Position numbers and translations under genes: made by a program
Origin: Candidatus Kuenenia stuttgartensis
GTDB taxonomy: Bacteria; Planctomycetota; Planctomycetia; Pirellulales; UBA1268
Assembly: GCA_943332855.1 (NCBI GenBank)
Contig: CALQRA010000002.1
Coordinates: 19,154-83,153 of the forward strand
Direction: 5' to 3'
DNA length: 64,000 nucleotides
Notes under the pieces: model-generated
Told to the model about the DNA's origin: nothing
Seen by the model: only the letters and a program-made list of their open reading frames with translations
Databases searched by the model: none
Shown: in pieces, positions 46,448 to 55,092 of the stretch
Position numbering within the stretch: position 1 is the first letter of the stretch
Layout of the letters: each line of letters begins with the position of its first letter

Positions 46448-46804
46448 ATGCTGAGACGACCCATGAGCACGAGATTCGAAATGGCGAAGGAGCTTATCGG
46501 CGAGGCGCACGCCGATGAGGTCGGTTTATGGTTCGTAGTGGCTCGTATCCGTGATGAGGTGGGAGACGCCGATCTCGATCGCCTCCAACGCGAGACTCTC
46601 GATTGTGTCGATCTGATGCTAGCCTCAGGTGATGTCTCGGCAGGCTCCTATCGCCCTGATGGAAGTGGACTCGAGTTATGGCATCGCGATCGACAGGACA
46701 TTCTCAATCGGATCGCCGATGAGTGGAATAAACTCGGTCGAATTCCGGACCTTGGTGACATCGTCGTGTTTGTGGGGCGCCATGGGGCAACATCCCTACC
46801 ATGA
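46448..46804 (+). CDS. Second small immunity-like/hypothetical protein
   Basis: 118 aa, with an alternative ATG at 46463. Acidic and cytoplasmic (EVGLWFVVARIRDE...LGRIPDLGDIVVF). Same strand and same AT-richer composition as the preceding gene. Confidence 0.4.
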   Translation: MLRRPMSTRFEMAKELIGEAHADEVGLWFVVARIRDEVGDADLDRLQRETLDCVDLMLASGDVSAGSYRPDGSGLELWHRDRQDILNRIADEWNKLGRIPDLGDIVVFVGRHGATSLP

Positions 46805-47312
46805 TCCCTGATCGAGTCTCCTCGGAGCGAATGCCGATGGTGCAGTAGCCCCTCTCTTCCACCGGTGGCGGACAATAGCCAACTTGAAGATTTCCAGTCG
46901 CCCCTGGGCCAACTCGGCCAGCAACTGCGTCCACACGGACCTCTCGACGAGCAACCCGTAGACGCATTCGGGCACGCCACTATCCAGGCGGCCTTGGCCT
47001 CCCCTGGAAATCCAGATCCAGGCGGCTCCAGGGCAGCCCCTCCCGATTTCGGATGAAGCGCCCCTGACCCACTCGGGCCTCCGGCCGACGAGAGCCGCTG
47101 GATACCAGGACTGGTCGGACGAAGTTCGCTGATCGCAGCCTGCTTCCTCCACCGGTGTTCAGACCGGTGCTCTCTTGAAGCCCGTGGCGGGACCGCTCGC
47201 ATGCCCTTTTTGCCGACGGATTCTGGCGAGGAACCCATTTTCAGAGCCCTGGGCAGACCCGAAGGTCTCGCCTTAACGGCGCACTCGTAGAAAGAGTGAG
47301 CCGTGCCGAACG

Positions 47313-48056
47313 TCACTCACCGGCCGGCGGCTGCCACGTCCAGAGTTCCCTGGCGGCGGTGCAGTAATCCCCGAGGTGAAACACCGCGGCGCCAGCCACT
47401 TTGAAGCGGAAGTCAGCAAAAGGCGCTGCCTGCATTTCGCGGACGAAATCGAACTGCCCGACGCCGGTCGTCACGTGCGGACCGTACTTCGTGCCGAGCT
47501 GCTCGGGGACAAACGTGCGGACGTAGTCGCGCGACGACGCATTGATTTCGGTCTGCCCGGGCGCGGTGACGAATGCGGCCGAGGTGCCGTCGGGCACCGT
47601 GTACGGCTCGACGGCCTCGACGATCGCCTCCTGCAGCGCGCGGAGTTCGGGCGTCGGCCGAATCACGATCCCCGCCAGGCCCATGTTGTCGAAGTCAACG
47701 AAAAAGCAGCCGGTGGCCTCGAGCTCCCAACCGACCGGCCGCTGTTGGTCGAAGACACGCTGGACGGCGGCAAAAACTTTATCCAGGTCGTTCGTCCGCA
47801 CGTAGCGCTGCAACACCGTGATGTGCGGCCGGTGCTCGGCGTCGAGCGCAAAGCCGGCTGGATGGTTGGCGCGGAGCCGCGCGTTGTCGGCTTGCGCATG
47901 GGCGATCATGGTTTCATCCGGCAGCAGCAGGATGTCGATGGCCGTGACCGCTTCGGCGGCCGCTACGCCGCCAGCGGCAAGCGGAGCAAGAACGCCAAGA
48001 ACGAGCGACATGATTCTGGTGCTCAAACGGAATTGATTCATGGGAGCAACGCTCAA
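47313..48056 (-). CDS. Secreted 2H-phosphoesterase superfamily protein (LigT/2',5'-RNA-ligase-like)
   Basis: Two H-x-T motifs in the right context (RPHITVLQ and GPHVTTGV) and an N-terminal signal (IMSLVLGVLAPLAAGGVAAAEA). Confidence 0.6.
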   Translation of the reverse strand: MSVAPMNQFRLSTRIMSLVLGVLAPLAAGGVAAAEAVTAIDILLLPDETMIAHAQADNARLRANHPAGFALDAEHRPHITVLQRYVRTNDLDKVFAAVQRVFDQQRPVGWELEATGCFFVDFDNMGLAGIVIRPTPELRALQEAIVEAVEPYTVPDGTSAAFVTAPGQTEINASSRDYVRTFVPEQLGTKYGPHVTTGVGQFDFVREMQAAPFADFRFKVAGAAVFHLGDYCTAARELWTWQPPAGE

Positions 48057-48110
48057 AATCGACGAAGCCGGTTCGGTCGGAGAAGACTCTTGCCGGTGAG
48101 TCTGCCCCGA

Positions 48111-49457
48111 CTACTCTGCCACGACGTCGAGATCGAGATGGGCCTGACGGCTGGCTCCGGCCACGGTGTCGGTCACGCTCCACTCGAGACGATGACGGCC
48201 GGGCTTGGCATCCTCGGGGATGCGGATGAAGTACCGGGCGAAATAGTCGCGGCGGGGGGCAGGGCAGGTCTCGACGATCGGCTCGAACGCCCATTGCCCG
48301 ACGCGCTCTCCGCCGGCATCGATGAGGCGGAAGCTCGCGTCGATGCCGGTGGTGTGCCCGTCGGCGGCGGAGCGGATCTGGAGGCGGTCGAGCTCAAAGT
48401 AGACGATCAGTTCCTGACCTGGCCGGAACACCGCCGTCGGGAAGCGTTCCACGTTGCCCCAGCCGCGGACCCGGGTCGCGAAGCAGGCGTTGCTGACGAC
48501 CGGGCCGGCGGGAGCGATCACGCCTCCCGTGGCCGTCGCGGGGGGGAGCTCAAAGGCCTCGGGGGTCGGCGGCATCGGTGCCGCCGTTTCGACCTGCGGC
48601 GTGACCAGCTCAGCGGGCGCTGCCGGTGTCGGGGCCGGTTCGATGAGGGCAGCCACCACGACCGGCGCCGGCGCGGGTTCGGGAGCGATCGGCCTCACCG
48701 GGATATCGACCACGTCGATCGGCTGCGGCGGCAGTGGGGCGGTGGGAGGGGGAGGATTCGGCACCGGCGACGGTGCGGCGTCGGCGGGAACGGGGGCTAC
48801 GACGATCGGTGCCACTCGAAGGAGCGGAATGCCGGAGAGGTCGACGGCGGCCACCGGCTCCACCGGCGCGGCGGCAAGCTCGGCGACGGGGGGAGGGGCA
48901 TCGGCCGACGATCGGGCCCGCGCCGGGATGTCGAGCTCGAGCACGCCGCCGGTTGAGGGCCGGGCAAGGATCCCGCCGTCGGCGGCATCATCGGCGGCGA
49001 TCGACCCGCGCGACGCCTCGAGCGTCTTGGCAAACTCGTTGACGACGACGGCCCAATCCTCGGGGCGGGTCTGTTCGAGAGTCTTGATGAGCAGTTCCTG
49101 GGTCGGTGTATCGATGCCACCGGCGGCCGAGAGGCGGGCGACGGCGTTGTCGATCACTTGTTCAAGCTGGGCGTCGTCGCCGGGGGAGTTTTCGGCATCC
49201 TCGGCCTCGACGTCCGCCACCGGACGGTCGACGCGGGCCGTCGACGCATGGTCGAGGTCGTGCGGCGCCGAGAGGGATGCGGCCGTCTCGCGGAGCGCCT
49301 CCCGGAGGGTCGTGGCGGTGATGGCCGACATGCAGCCCGCTTGGGAGAGGATGCCGATCCCGGCCAGCGTCCAACCGGCCAGGCCGAGCTTGGCCTGCCA
49401 AAGGGGCCGGCCCCGACCCTGGTTCCCCACCGACGACGTGTCGCGTTCGCTGTCCAT
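48111..49457 (-). CDS. Hypothetical membrane-anchored/lipoprotein-like protein with Pro-rich linker and C-terminal beta-rich domain
   Basis: ATG 49457 (MDSERD...). TM/lipobox-like [14 protein letters not shown], a Pro/Ala-rich middle, and a conserved-looking C-terminal ~130 aa. No family recognised. Confidence 0.5.
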   Translation of the reverse strand: MDSERDTSSVGNQGRGRPLWQAKLGLAGWTLAGIGILSQAGCMSAITATTLREALRETAASLSAPHDLDHASTARVDRPVADVEAEDAENSPGDDAQLEQVIDNAVARLSAAGGIDTPTQELLIKTLEQTRPEDWAVVVNEFAKTLEASRGSIAADDAADGGILARPSTGGVLELDIPARARSSADAPPPVAELAAAPVEPVAAVDLSGIPLLRVAPIVVAPVPADAAPSPVPNPPPPTAPLPPQPIDVVDIPVRPIAPEPAPAPVVVAALIEPAPTPAAPAELVTPQVETAAPMPPTPEAFELPPATATGGVIAPAGPVVSNACFATRVRGWGNVERFPTAVFRPGQELIVYFELDRLQIRSAADGHTTGIDASFRLIDAGGERVGQWAFEPIVETCPAPRRDYFARYFIRIPEDAKPGRHRLEWSVTDTVAGASRQAHLDLDVVAE

Positions 49458-49793
49458 CGGATTCTCGCTCGCGAGGGTGACGCTCGACCGGCTGCCCCCG
49501 CGGTGTTCACGTCGAACACCGCCGCCAGCACGGAACCGGCACACCGGATCGCGCAGGAAGGTAGGCCGACCCGATTCCACGAGGCAAGGCCAGATGCCGC
49601 CAGAGACGGATCCCGGGGCTTTCGGTGGCAGGAGAAATGCCGACTGGGGGTCCGCCGCCGGTGGGAAGACCGGGGTTTCCCCGACGGAATCGCGGGCACT
49701 CCCCCCGCGCCGGGGCCCGAAGACGATTCCGCCCCGCCTGCTAGAATCCGCCCACCCCCACCGGAAGCCACGACATTCCCTCCGGATGCCGCC

Positions 49794-50807
49794 ATGCCCA
49801 CGTTCCCCCCAGCTTCCCTGGGTTCACCCGATGCCGTGCCGGCGTCATGGACCCACCGTCATCTCCTCGATCTCGAACGGCTCACCGCGGACGAGATCCG
49901 ACTCCTCCTCGACACCGCCGCCCGCTTCAAGGAGGCCACTCACGGGTGCCGCCGGAAGCTCTCGGTGCTCGGTGGCCGGACGATCTGCAACCTGTTCTTT
50001 GAGAACTCGACACGCACCAAGACGAGCTTCTCACTGGCGGCCCGGCGCCTCGGTGCCGACGTCGTCGATTTCTCCGCCTCAGGGTCCAGCCTCTCCAAGG
50101 GGGAGTCGTTCATCGACACGGCGAAAAACCTCGAGGCGATGGGAATTGACGCCGTCGTCGTCCGCCACACCACGCCGGGTACCCCCCATCTTCTTGCCCA
50201 GCACCTCGACGTCGGCATCATCAACGCTGGCGACGGCCCGCACGAGCACCCGACCCAGGGGCTCCTCGACATCTTCTCGATCCGCGAACGCCTCGGCGAC
50301 CTCGCCGGCGTGACGGTAGGGCTCGTCGGCGACATCGCCCACAGCCGCACGGCCCGCTCCAACATCCACGGCCTGCTCAAGCTCGGGGCCCGGGTCATCG
50401 TCTGCGGCCCGCCGACCCTCGTCTCGCCCCGGTGGCGGGAGCTTGGGGTCGAAGTCTCGCACGATCTCGACGCCATCGTCCCGGTGTGCGATGTCCTCAA
50501 CCTCCTGCGGATCCAGTTCGAGCGGCAGAACACCCGCCCGTTCCCGTCGGTGCGCGAGTACGCCCACCTGTACGCGATGACGGCCGAGCGGATGGAGCGG
50601 GCCCGCCCCGGGCTCCTCATCCTCGCCCCCGGACCGATCAACCGGGGGGTCGAGGTGTCCGCCGAGGTGGCCGATTGCCCGCAATCGCTGATCCTCGATC
50701 AGGTGACCAACGGGCTCGCCGTGCGGATGGCCGTGCTGTGGCTCGTCTGCGGGCCGCGCGGGGACGCTTCAACCACGACCACTGGCGACGACGGGAGGGG
50801 AATCTGA
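49794..50807 (+). CDS. pyrB: Aspartate carbamoyltransferase catalytic subunit
   Basis: [14 protein letters not shown] (STRT carbamoyl-phosphate site), [26 protein letters not shown]. Confidence 0.9.
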   Translation: MPTFPPASLGSPDAVPASWTHRHLLDLERLTADEIRLLLDTAARFKEATHGCRRKLSVLGGRTICNLFFENSTRTKTSFSLAARRLGADVVDFSASGSSLSKGESFIDTAKNLEAMGIDAVVVRHTTPGTPHLLAQHLDVGIINAGDGPHEHPTQGLLDIFSIRERLGDLAGVTVGLVGDIAHSRTARSNIHGLLKLGARVIVCGPPTLVSPRWRELGVEVSHDLDAIVPVCDVLNLLRIQFERQNTRPFPSVREYAHLYAMTAERMERARPGLLILAPGPINRGVEVSAEVADCPQSLILDQVTNGLAVRMAVLWLVCGPRGDASTTTTGDDGRGI

Positions 50808-52099
50808 TGGCCACACTGCTGATCCGCGGCGGACGCGTGATCGATCCGGCCCAGGACATCGACCGGATCGCCGACCTGCGGATCGTCGACGGGAGGATCG
50901 CCGGCATCGGCCCCGGCGAGACCGGCGCCGGACGTGCCGACGAGACGATCGACGCGGCCGGGATGATCGTCACCCCTGGCCTCATCGACATGCACGTCCA
51001 TCTCCGCGAGCCGGGCCGCGAGGAGGACGAGACGATCGCCAGCGGCACGCGGGCGGCACTCGCCGGCGGCTTCACGAGCGTGGCCTGCATCCCCAACACC
51101 GAGCCGCCGATCGACACCCAGGCGGCCGTCGAGTTCATCCATCAAAAGGCGGCCCGCGCCGACACCTGCAACGTCTTCGTCGTCGCCTGCGTGAGCCGCA
51201 ACCGCGAGGGGAAGGAGCTCGCCGAGATCGGTCAGCTCGTCGAGGCGGGAGCGGTGGCCTTCAGCGACGACGGGGCACCGGTCTCCGACGCCGAGCTGAT
51301 GCGCCGGGCACTCGAATATTGCAGCATGTTCGGCAAGCCGATCCTCGCCCACGAGGAAGTCCTCGAGCTCTCGCGCGGCGGCGTGATGAACGAGGGGATC
51401 GTGTCGCTCCTCCTCGGCTTGGGGGGGATGCCGGCGGCGGCCGAGGAGGTGATGATCGGGCGCGACACGGCGCTCGCCGAGAGCACCAGCGGGCGCCTTC
51501 ATGTGATGCACGTTTCGACGGCCGGGGGCGTGGCACTGGTGCGCGCGGCGAAGGCCCGTGGCGTGCGGGTAACGGCGGAAGCCTGCCCCCACCACTTCAC
51601 CCTCACCGATGAATCGCTGCGGACGTTCGATGCCAACTGCAAGATGAGCCCGCCGCTGCGCACCTCCGCCGACGTCGAAGCGATCATCGCGGGGATCGCC
51701 GACGGCACGATCGACTGCATCGCCACCGATCATGCCCCCCATGCCCGCGAGAAGAAGATGCTCGAGCTCGATCGGGCACCATTCGGGATCCTCGGCCTGG
51801 AGACGGCGATCGGGCTTTCGGTGACGCGGCTGGTTGCCCCCGGCCATGTCGGGTGGCCACGGCTGGTCGAGGCGATGAGCACCCTCCCGGCGCGGATCCT
51901 CGGGCTCGACCGAGGCACGCTCCGAACCGGCAGTCCGGCCGACGTGACGATCATCGATCCCGATCGGTCCTGGAAGGTCGACGTCAAGTCCTTCCGCTCC
52001 AAGAGCATCAACTCGCCGTTCGATGGCTGGACCCTCCGCGGCCGGGCGGTGGCCACGATTGTCGGCGGCCGGGTGAAATACCGGCTCGCCGGCTCGTGA
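50807..52099 (+). CDS. pyrC: Dihydroorotase (multifunctional-complex type)
   Basis: The ATG overlaps the pyrB stop (TGATG). DMHVHLREPG metal-binding motif, HVMHVST, ATDHAPH. Confidence 0.9.
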   Translation: MATLLIRGGRVIDPAQDIDRIADLRIVDGRIAGIGPGETGAGRADETIDAAGMIVTPGLIDMHVHLREPGREEDETIASGTRAALAGGFTSVACIPNTEPPIDTQAAVEFIHQKAARADTCNVFVVACVSRNREGKELAEIGQLVEAGAVAFSDDGAPVSDAELMRRALEYCSMFGKPILAHEEVLELSRGGVMNEGIVSLLLGLGGMPAAAEEVMIGRDTALAESTSGRLHVMHVSTAGGVALVRAAKARGVRVTAEACPHHFTLTDESLRTFDANCKMSPPLRTSADVEAIIAGIADGTIDCIATDHAPHAREKKMLELDRAPFGILGLETAIGLSVTRLVAPGHVGWPRLVEAMSTLPARILGLDRGTLRTGSPADVTIIDPDRSWKVDVKSFRSKSINSPFDGWTLRGRAVATIVGGRVKYRLAGS

Positions 52100-52112
52100 C
52101 GGGGGCAGAGCG

Positions 52113-52598
52113 ATGTCCTTGACTCTTGTCGACGGCTACAACCTTCTCCATGCCTCGGGCGTGTTCGGGGCCACGCGGGGCGCTCGCGGGCTCGAGTCCT
52201 CGCGGACAGCGCTCCTCGACCACGTCGCCGACCTCGTCGGCGAGACCGCCCCCCGCGTCCTCTTCGTGTTCGATGCCGCCAAGGCCCCCGACGGCCTGCC
52301 TGGGAAGATCACCCACCGCGGCATCCGGGTGTGGTTCGCGCGGGAATATCCCGACGCCGACTCGCTCATCGAGGAGATCCTCGAGGAGGAGCGTTCCCCC
52401 GCCTCGATCACGGTTGTCTCCAACGACCGCCGGCTGCAACTCGCCGCCCGGCGGCGGGGGGCCGCGGCGATCTCCTCCGACGCGTGGCTCGCCGACCTGC
52501 GGCGTCCCCGGAAGGTGGCCGATCCGGGCGCCGACAAGCCCCCGGAGCCCGGTCCCGGAGAGGTGGAGCATTGGAAGCGTCACTTCGGGCTCGACTGA
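52113..52598 (+). CDS. NYN-domain (YacP-like) predicted RNase
   Basis: MSLTLVDGYNLLH..., VLFVFDA, VWFAREYPDADSLIEE, VVSNDRRLQ, the characteristic YacP/NYN pattern. Confidence 0.75.
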   Translation: MSLTLVDGYNLLHASGVFGATRGARGLESSRTALLDHVADLVGETAPRVLFVFDAAKAPDGLPGKITHRGIRVWFAREYPDADSLIEEILEEERSPASITVVSNDRRLQLAARRRGAAAISSDAWLADLRRPRKVADPGADKPPEPGPGEVEHWKRHFGLD

Positions 52599-52638
52599 CG
52601 CCGCCGCCTCGGGCGGGCGGGGCTCACGCATCGCGCTC

Positions 52639-52678
52639 AAAAAAAAGGGGAGCAGGCCCCTCTCGGAACCTGCTCCCC
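52639..52678 (-). terminator. Rho-independent terminator for the minus-strand PEP-CTERM ORF
   Basis: 10-bp stem GGGGAGCAGG (52647-52656) pairs with CCTGCTCCCC (52669-52678). On the minus strand the hairpin is followed by T8 (A-run 52639-52646). It lies 36 nt downstream of the minus-strand stop at 52714-52716. Confidence 0.7.
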
Positions 52679-52713
52679 CCGCGAATCGATCACGAGACGT
52701 TCAGCGCGAGGCG

Positions 52714-53085
52714 TCAGGCCACCACCCGCCGCCGGCGCTCGAGGAGCCCAAGCGCCCCGCCCACGAGGGCCAGCACCGAGCCCATCCCGGCCGGGTCGAT
52801 TTCGGGCACGGCCTGGAGGGGCGAGATCTCCACGCTCAGCGGACTGAAAAATGCACTTTTTTCGTTCGTTCCGTTCGTCACGGTGATCCGAAAAGATTCG
52901 AAGGCGTTGCCGGAGAACGTTGTAGAGGTGCCAGAAAAGTCAGCCAGATACGCCGCCGGCGTCGGTGGGTTGACTTGCGAAATGGGGCTCCTCCGCAGAC
53001 TCCGTGAGCGCAGACCGGCTTGAGAGAAAGCCTGATGCGGGCTGCAACAGAGCCGCCACCGCAGTCCGCCGGCAGCCGTGGCCGG
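52714..53085 (-). pseudogene. Small PEP-CTERM protein gene lacking an in-frame start (probable frameshift), absent from the ORF track
   Basis: Hand translation of the minus frame ending at TGA 52714-52716 gives ...YLADFSGTSTTFSGNAFESFRITVTNGTNEKSAFFSPLSVEISPLQAVPEIDPAGMGSVLALVGGALGLLERRRRVVA*. The frame is open back to a stop at 53086-53088, but no ATG, GTG or TTG precedes the domain. An ATG-initiated ORF in another frame (MALTGHGCRRTAVAALLQPAS..., within ORF 52940-53296) ends at 52940 inside this frame. Confidence 0.45.
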
Positions 53086-53385
53086 TCAAGGCCATGACCC
53101 GTCGGGCCGCGGTGGCGGCATCAGGCTTCGTCCGGCCGACCGCCGCCCGGAGACAGACGTTCGGCCGCACAGGAAGAGGCGGAGGAGTCCCACCCAACCT
53201 GCCACCATGGCAGACTCCAAGATTAATCGCGAAGCATCGCTCCGGCTCAGACCCGAAGCGATGCCCCGGCAGGAAGACAGCCTCCTGCCGGGGCACACGC
53301 TCTTACTGCTGCTATGCCGCTAGCAGAGGAGAAGAAGGGATCAGGGGGATCAAAGGGATAAAGGGCAAAAGCCCAAAGGGAACCG

Positions 53386-54435
53386 TCAGCGGCCGTACCG
53401 CCGTCGTTCCAGTAACCCAAGTCCACCGAAGAGCAGCCCCAACACGGCACTCAAACCGCTCGGGTCGATCTCGGGGACGCCGGAGGGGCCGCTGACCGGA
53501 CTTGCGAGACGAAAACCGACGGTGAGGCCCGCGGTCTCCGGGTCTAACGAGCCACGGCAGGAGGACGACATAAGGAACGCAATGCCGTTCCAATTGCCGC
53601 CACGCTGCCCACGAGACGAGCCGGAAGCACCCGTGAGGTCGTTCCATTCATACACGTTGCCGCTCATGTCAAACGCCCCGTAGAAGCTCGGCCCGCCGTT
53701 GGTCCCCACCGTCGTCACGATGCCATTTTGGCCATTCCAGACAGCGTTATTGTCGTAGTTCGCGAAGTTGCCGGTGCTGCCAGCGGAGCCGTTTCCTGTC
53801 GAATCCGCCGTCACCGCCGTCGGGGCCAAATCGCTCTGCGTGGCGTAATTCCAGTAGCCGGCGCTGGTGCCTCCACCCTTGTAGTACGCCGCCTTGTACC
53901 ACTGGTCTTCCGTCGGGAGGTAGAACGTCGCGCCCGAGTTGACCGCCGGGGCCGTGCCGCTCGTCTGGCCGCCGACGAGCGTATACGCCCCTGTCTCTGT
54001 GCTCGACGAGCTTGTGGCGCCGTTCATCAGCCAGTTGGAGACTCGTGCCGCATCGAACCAACTCACGTATTCCACCGGCTTGTCGCCCATGTTCGACCTC
54101 GCGGCGTACTTGCTGCCAGAGGCCGCATCAGGTGTGAGACTGATCCCTCCACGGCCGTCGGTGCCCATGCTCGTGTTGTAGACGGAATAGGGATTGGTGC
54201 CGCTTGAATCGACGGAGTTCAGGAAGTCGGTGTACTGCTGGTTCGTGAACTGATATTTTGCAATCCGGAATGAAGCGGCCACGGCACCGTAGCCATCAGA
54301 GTCGGTATCAGCCGTGTTTCCCGGGTCGCCGACCGTCACCCACTCGATGATTCCGGCGTTGGCGATAGAGCCCAACGGGAGGCAGGCCAAGGCAGCCAGC
54401 CAAAGGGAAAAAGCTTTCAAAGAAAAGTACCGCAT
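53386..54435 (-). CDS. SUMF1/FGE-domain (formylglycine-generating-enzyme-like) protein with PEP-CTERM anchor
   Basis: Signal MRYFSLKAFSLWLAALACLPLGSIANA. FGE-sulfatase-type motifs PVEYVSWFDA, GAFDMSGNVYEWN, RGGNW, GFRLA. C-terminus VPEIDPSGLSAVLGLLFGGLGLLERRRYGR. Confidence 0.85.
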   Translation of the reverse strand: MRYFSLKAFSLWLAALACLPLGSIANAGIIEWVTVGDPGNTADTDSDGYGAVAASFRIAKYQFTNQQYTDFLNSVDSSGTNPYSVYNTSMGTDGRGGISLTPDAASGSKYAARSNMGDKPVEYVSWFDAARVSNWLMNGATSSSSTETGAYTLVGGQTSGTAPAVNSGATFYLPTEDQWYKAAYYKGGGTSAGYWNYATQSDLAPTAVTADSTGNGSAGSTGNFANYDNNAVWNGQNGIVTTVGTNGGPSFYGAFDMSGNVYEWNDLTGASGSSRGQRGGNWNGIAFLMSSSCRGSLDPETAGLTVGFRLASPVSGPSGVPEIDPSGLSAVLGLLFGGLGLLERRRYGR

Positions 54436-54525
54436 GCGATCGTCCTTCCCATAACGTAAATCGGCGTTCGACGGAGGGCGAAAAACCTACCCCCTCTTCG
54501 GTCTAAAGCACCCCCCCACTTCCGT

Positions 54526-54582
54526 CAAGGCCCTGCCAAGGCCCTGCCAAGGCCCTGCCAAGGCCCTGCCAAGGCCCTGCCA
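54526..54582 (-). repeat. 11-bp tandem repeat x5 (CAAGGCCCTGC on +; GCAGGGCCTTG on -) forming phased sigma-54 -24/-12-like elements
   Basis: Perfect copies at 54526, 54537, 54548, 54559 and 54570. The minus strand reads TG-GCAGGGCCTTG x5, giving four overlapping TGGCAG-N5-TGGCA units. The consensus is TGGCAC-N5-TTGCW, and GG and GC are correctly spaced. The array lies 91-147 nt upstream of the FGE/PEP-CTERM ATG (54435). Confidence 0.6.
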
Positions 54583-54691
54583 CAAGTTTCGCGAAGTTTC
54601 CGCCAGCCACGGCCGCCAGATCACTTTCACCCCCCAGTTTTTTAGCCCACATCGCAAGCACCCCACGCAGAAAGCGCAACGGACCACGCGC

Positions 54692-54715
54692 ATTGCGAAA
54701 GACACTTTGCGCAAT
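54692..54715. promoter_or_regulatory. Inverted repeat ATTGCG-N12-CGCAAT (candidate operator/UAS), copy 2
   Basis: ATTGCG 54692-54697, 12-nt spacer, CGCAAT 54710-54715. It lies ~110-190 bp upstream (minus-strand sense) of the sigma-54-like repeat elements. Confidence 0.5.
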
Positions 54716-54734
54716 TTCCCCCACCGGCGACTCG

Positions 54735-54986
54735 TCACCCCCGGATCCCATCGCCGGGGGGAATGGTGCTCATCGCCCCGGCTAGGACGGCTCGCTCGAC
54801 GGGGTGGCGGCCGTCATTCGCGGGGCGCGTGGAACGACGCCGGAAACGTTTCCCCCCCTCGCCGTCCGTGGCGGGGGCACGGGGCTCCTTGGCGGCGAAA
54901 TCCTCCCCCAGGTCGTCGATCCCCGCCATCGGGAGCGGGTCGTCGGCAGGGTCCTCGGGCGTCTCGCCGTTCTCTCCGCTCGGCAT
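54735..54986 (-). CDS. Possible small acidic protein (83 aa)
   Basis: ATG 54986 with strongly GC-biased third codon positions by hand count. No recognisable family, and the GGAAGG directly abuts the ATG (poor SD spacing). Confidence 0.3.
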   Translation of the reverse strand: MPSGENGETPEDPADDPLPMAGIDDLGEDFAAKEPRAPATDGEGGKRFRRRSTRPANDGRHPVERAVLAGAMSTIPPGDGIRG

Positions 54987-55092
54987 CCTTCCGACCGCAT
55001 GCCCGGCGACGACCGCACCGGCATAGAGCGGCAGGCACGGGCCGAACCGGCTGGGGAGCAGCGCCCCACGACGCCGGCCGCGGAGCGCAGCG

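Noticed and set aside
46648-47316. 222-aa minus-strand ORF and other ORFs in 46.8-47.3 kb as transposase or integrase remnants
   Set aside because: No DDE, tyrosine-recombinase or HTH motifs are recognisable in any frame, and the composition is junk-like. I left the stretch as unannotated, possibly decayed sequence.
54526-54580. Possible CRISPR array or minisatellite-encoded peptide
   Set aside because: The unit is only 11 bp with no spacers, so it is not CRISPR. The ORFs that read through it (54487-54738, 54503-54751) merely translate the repeat (GPWQGLGRALA) and have no start context or homologous features.
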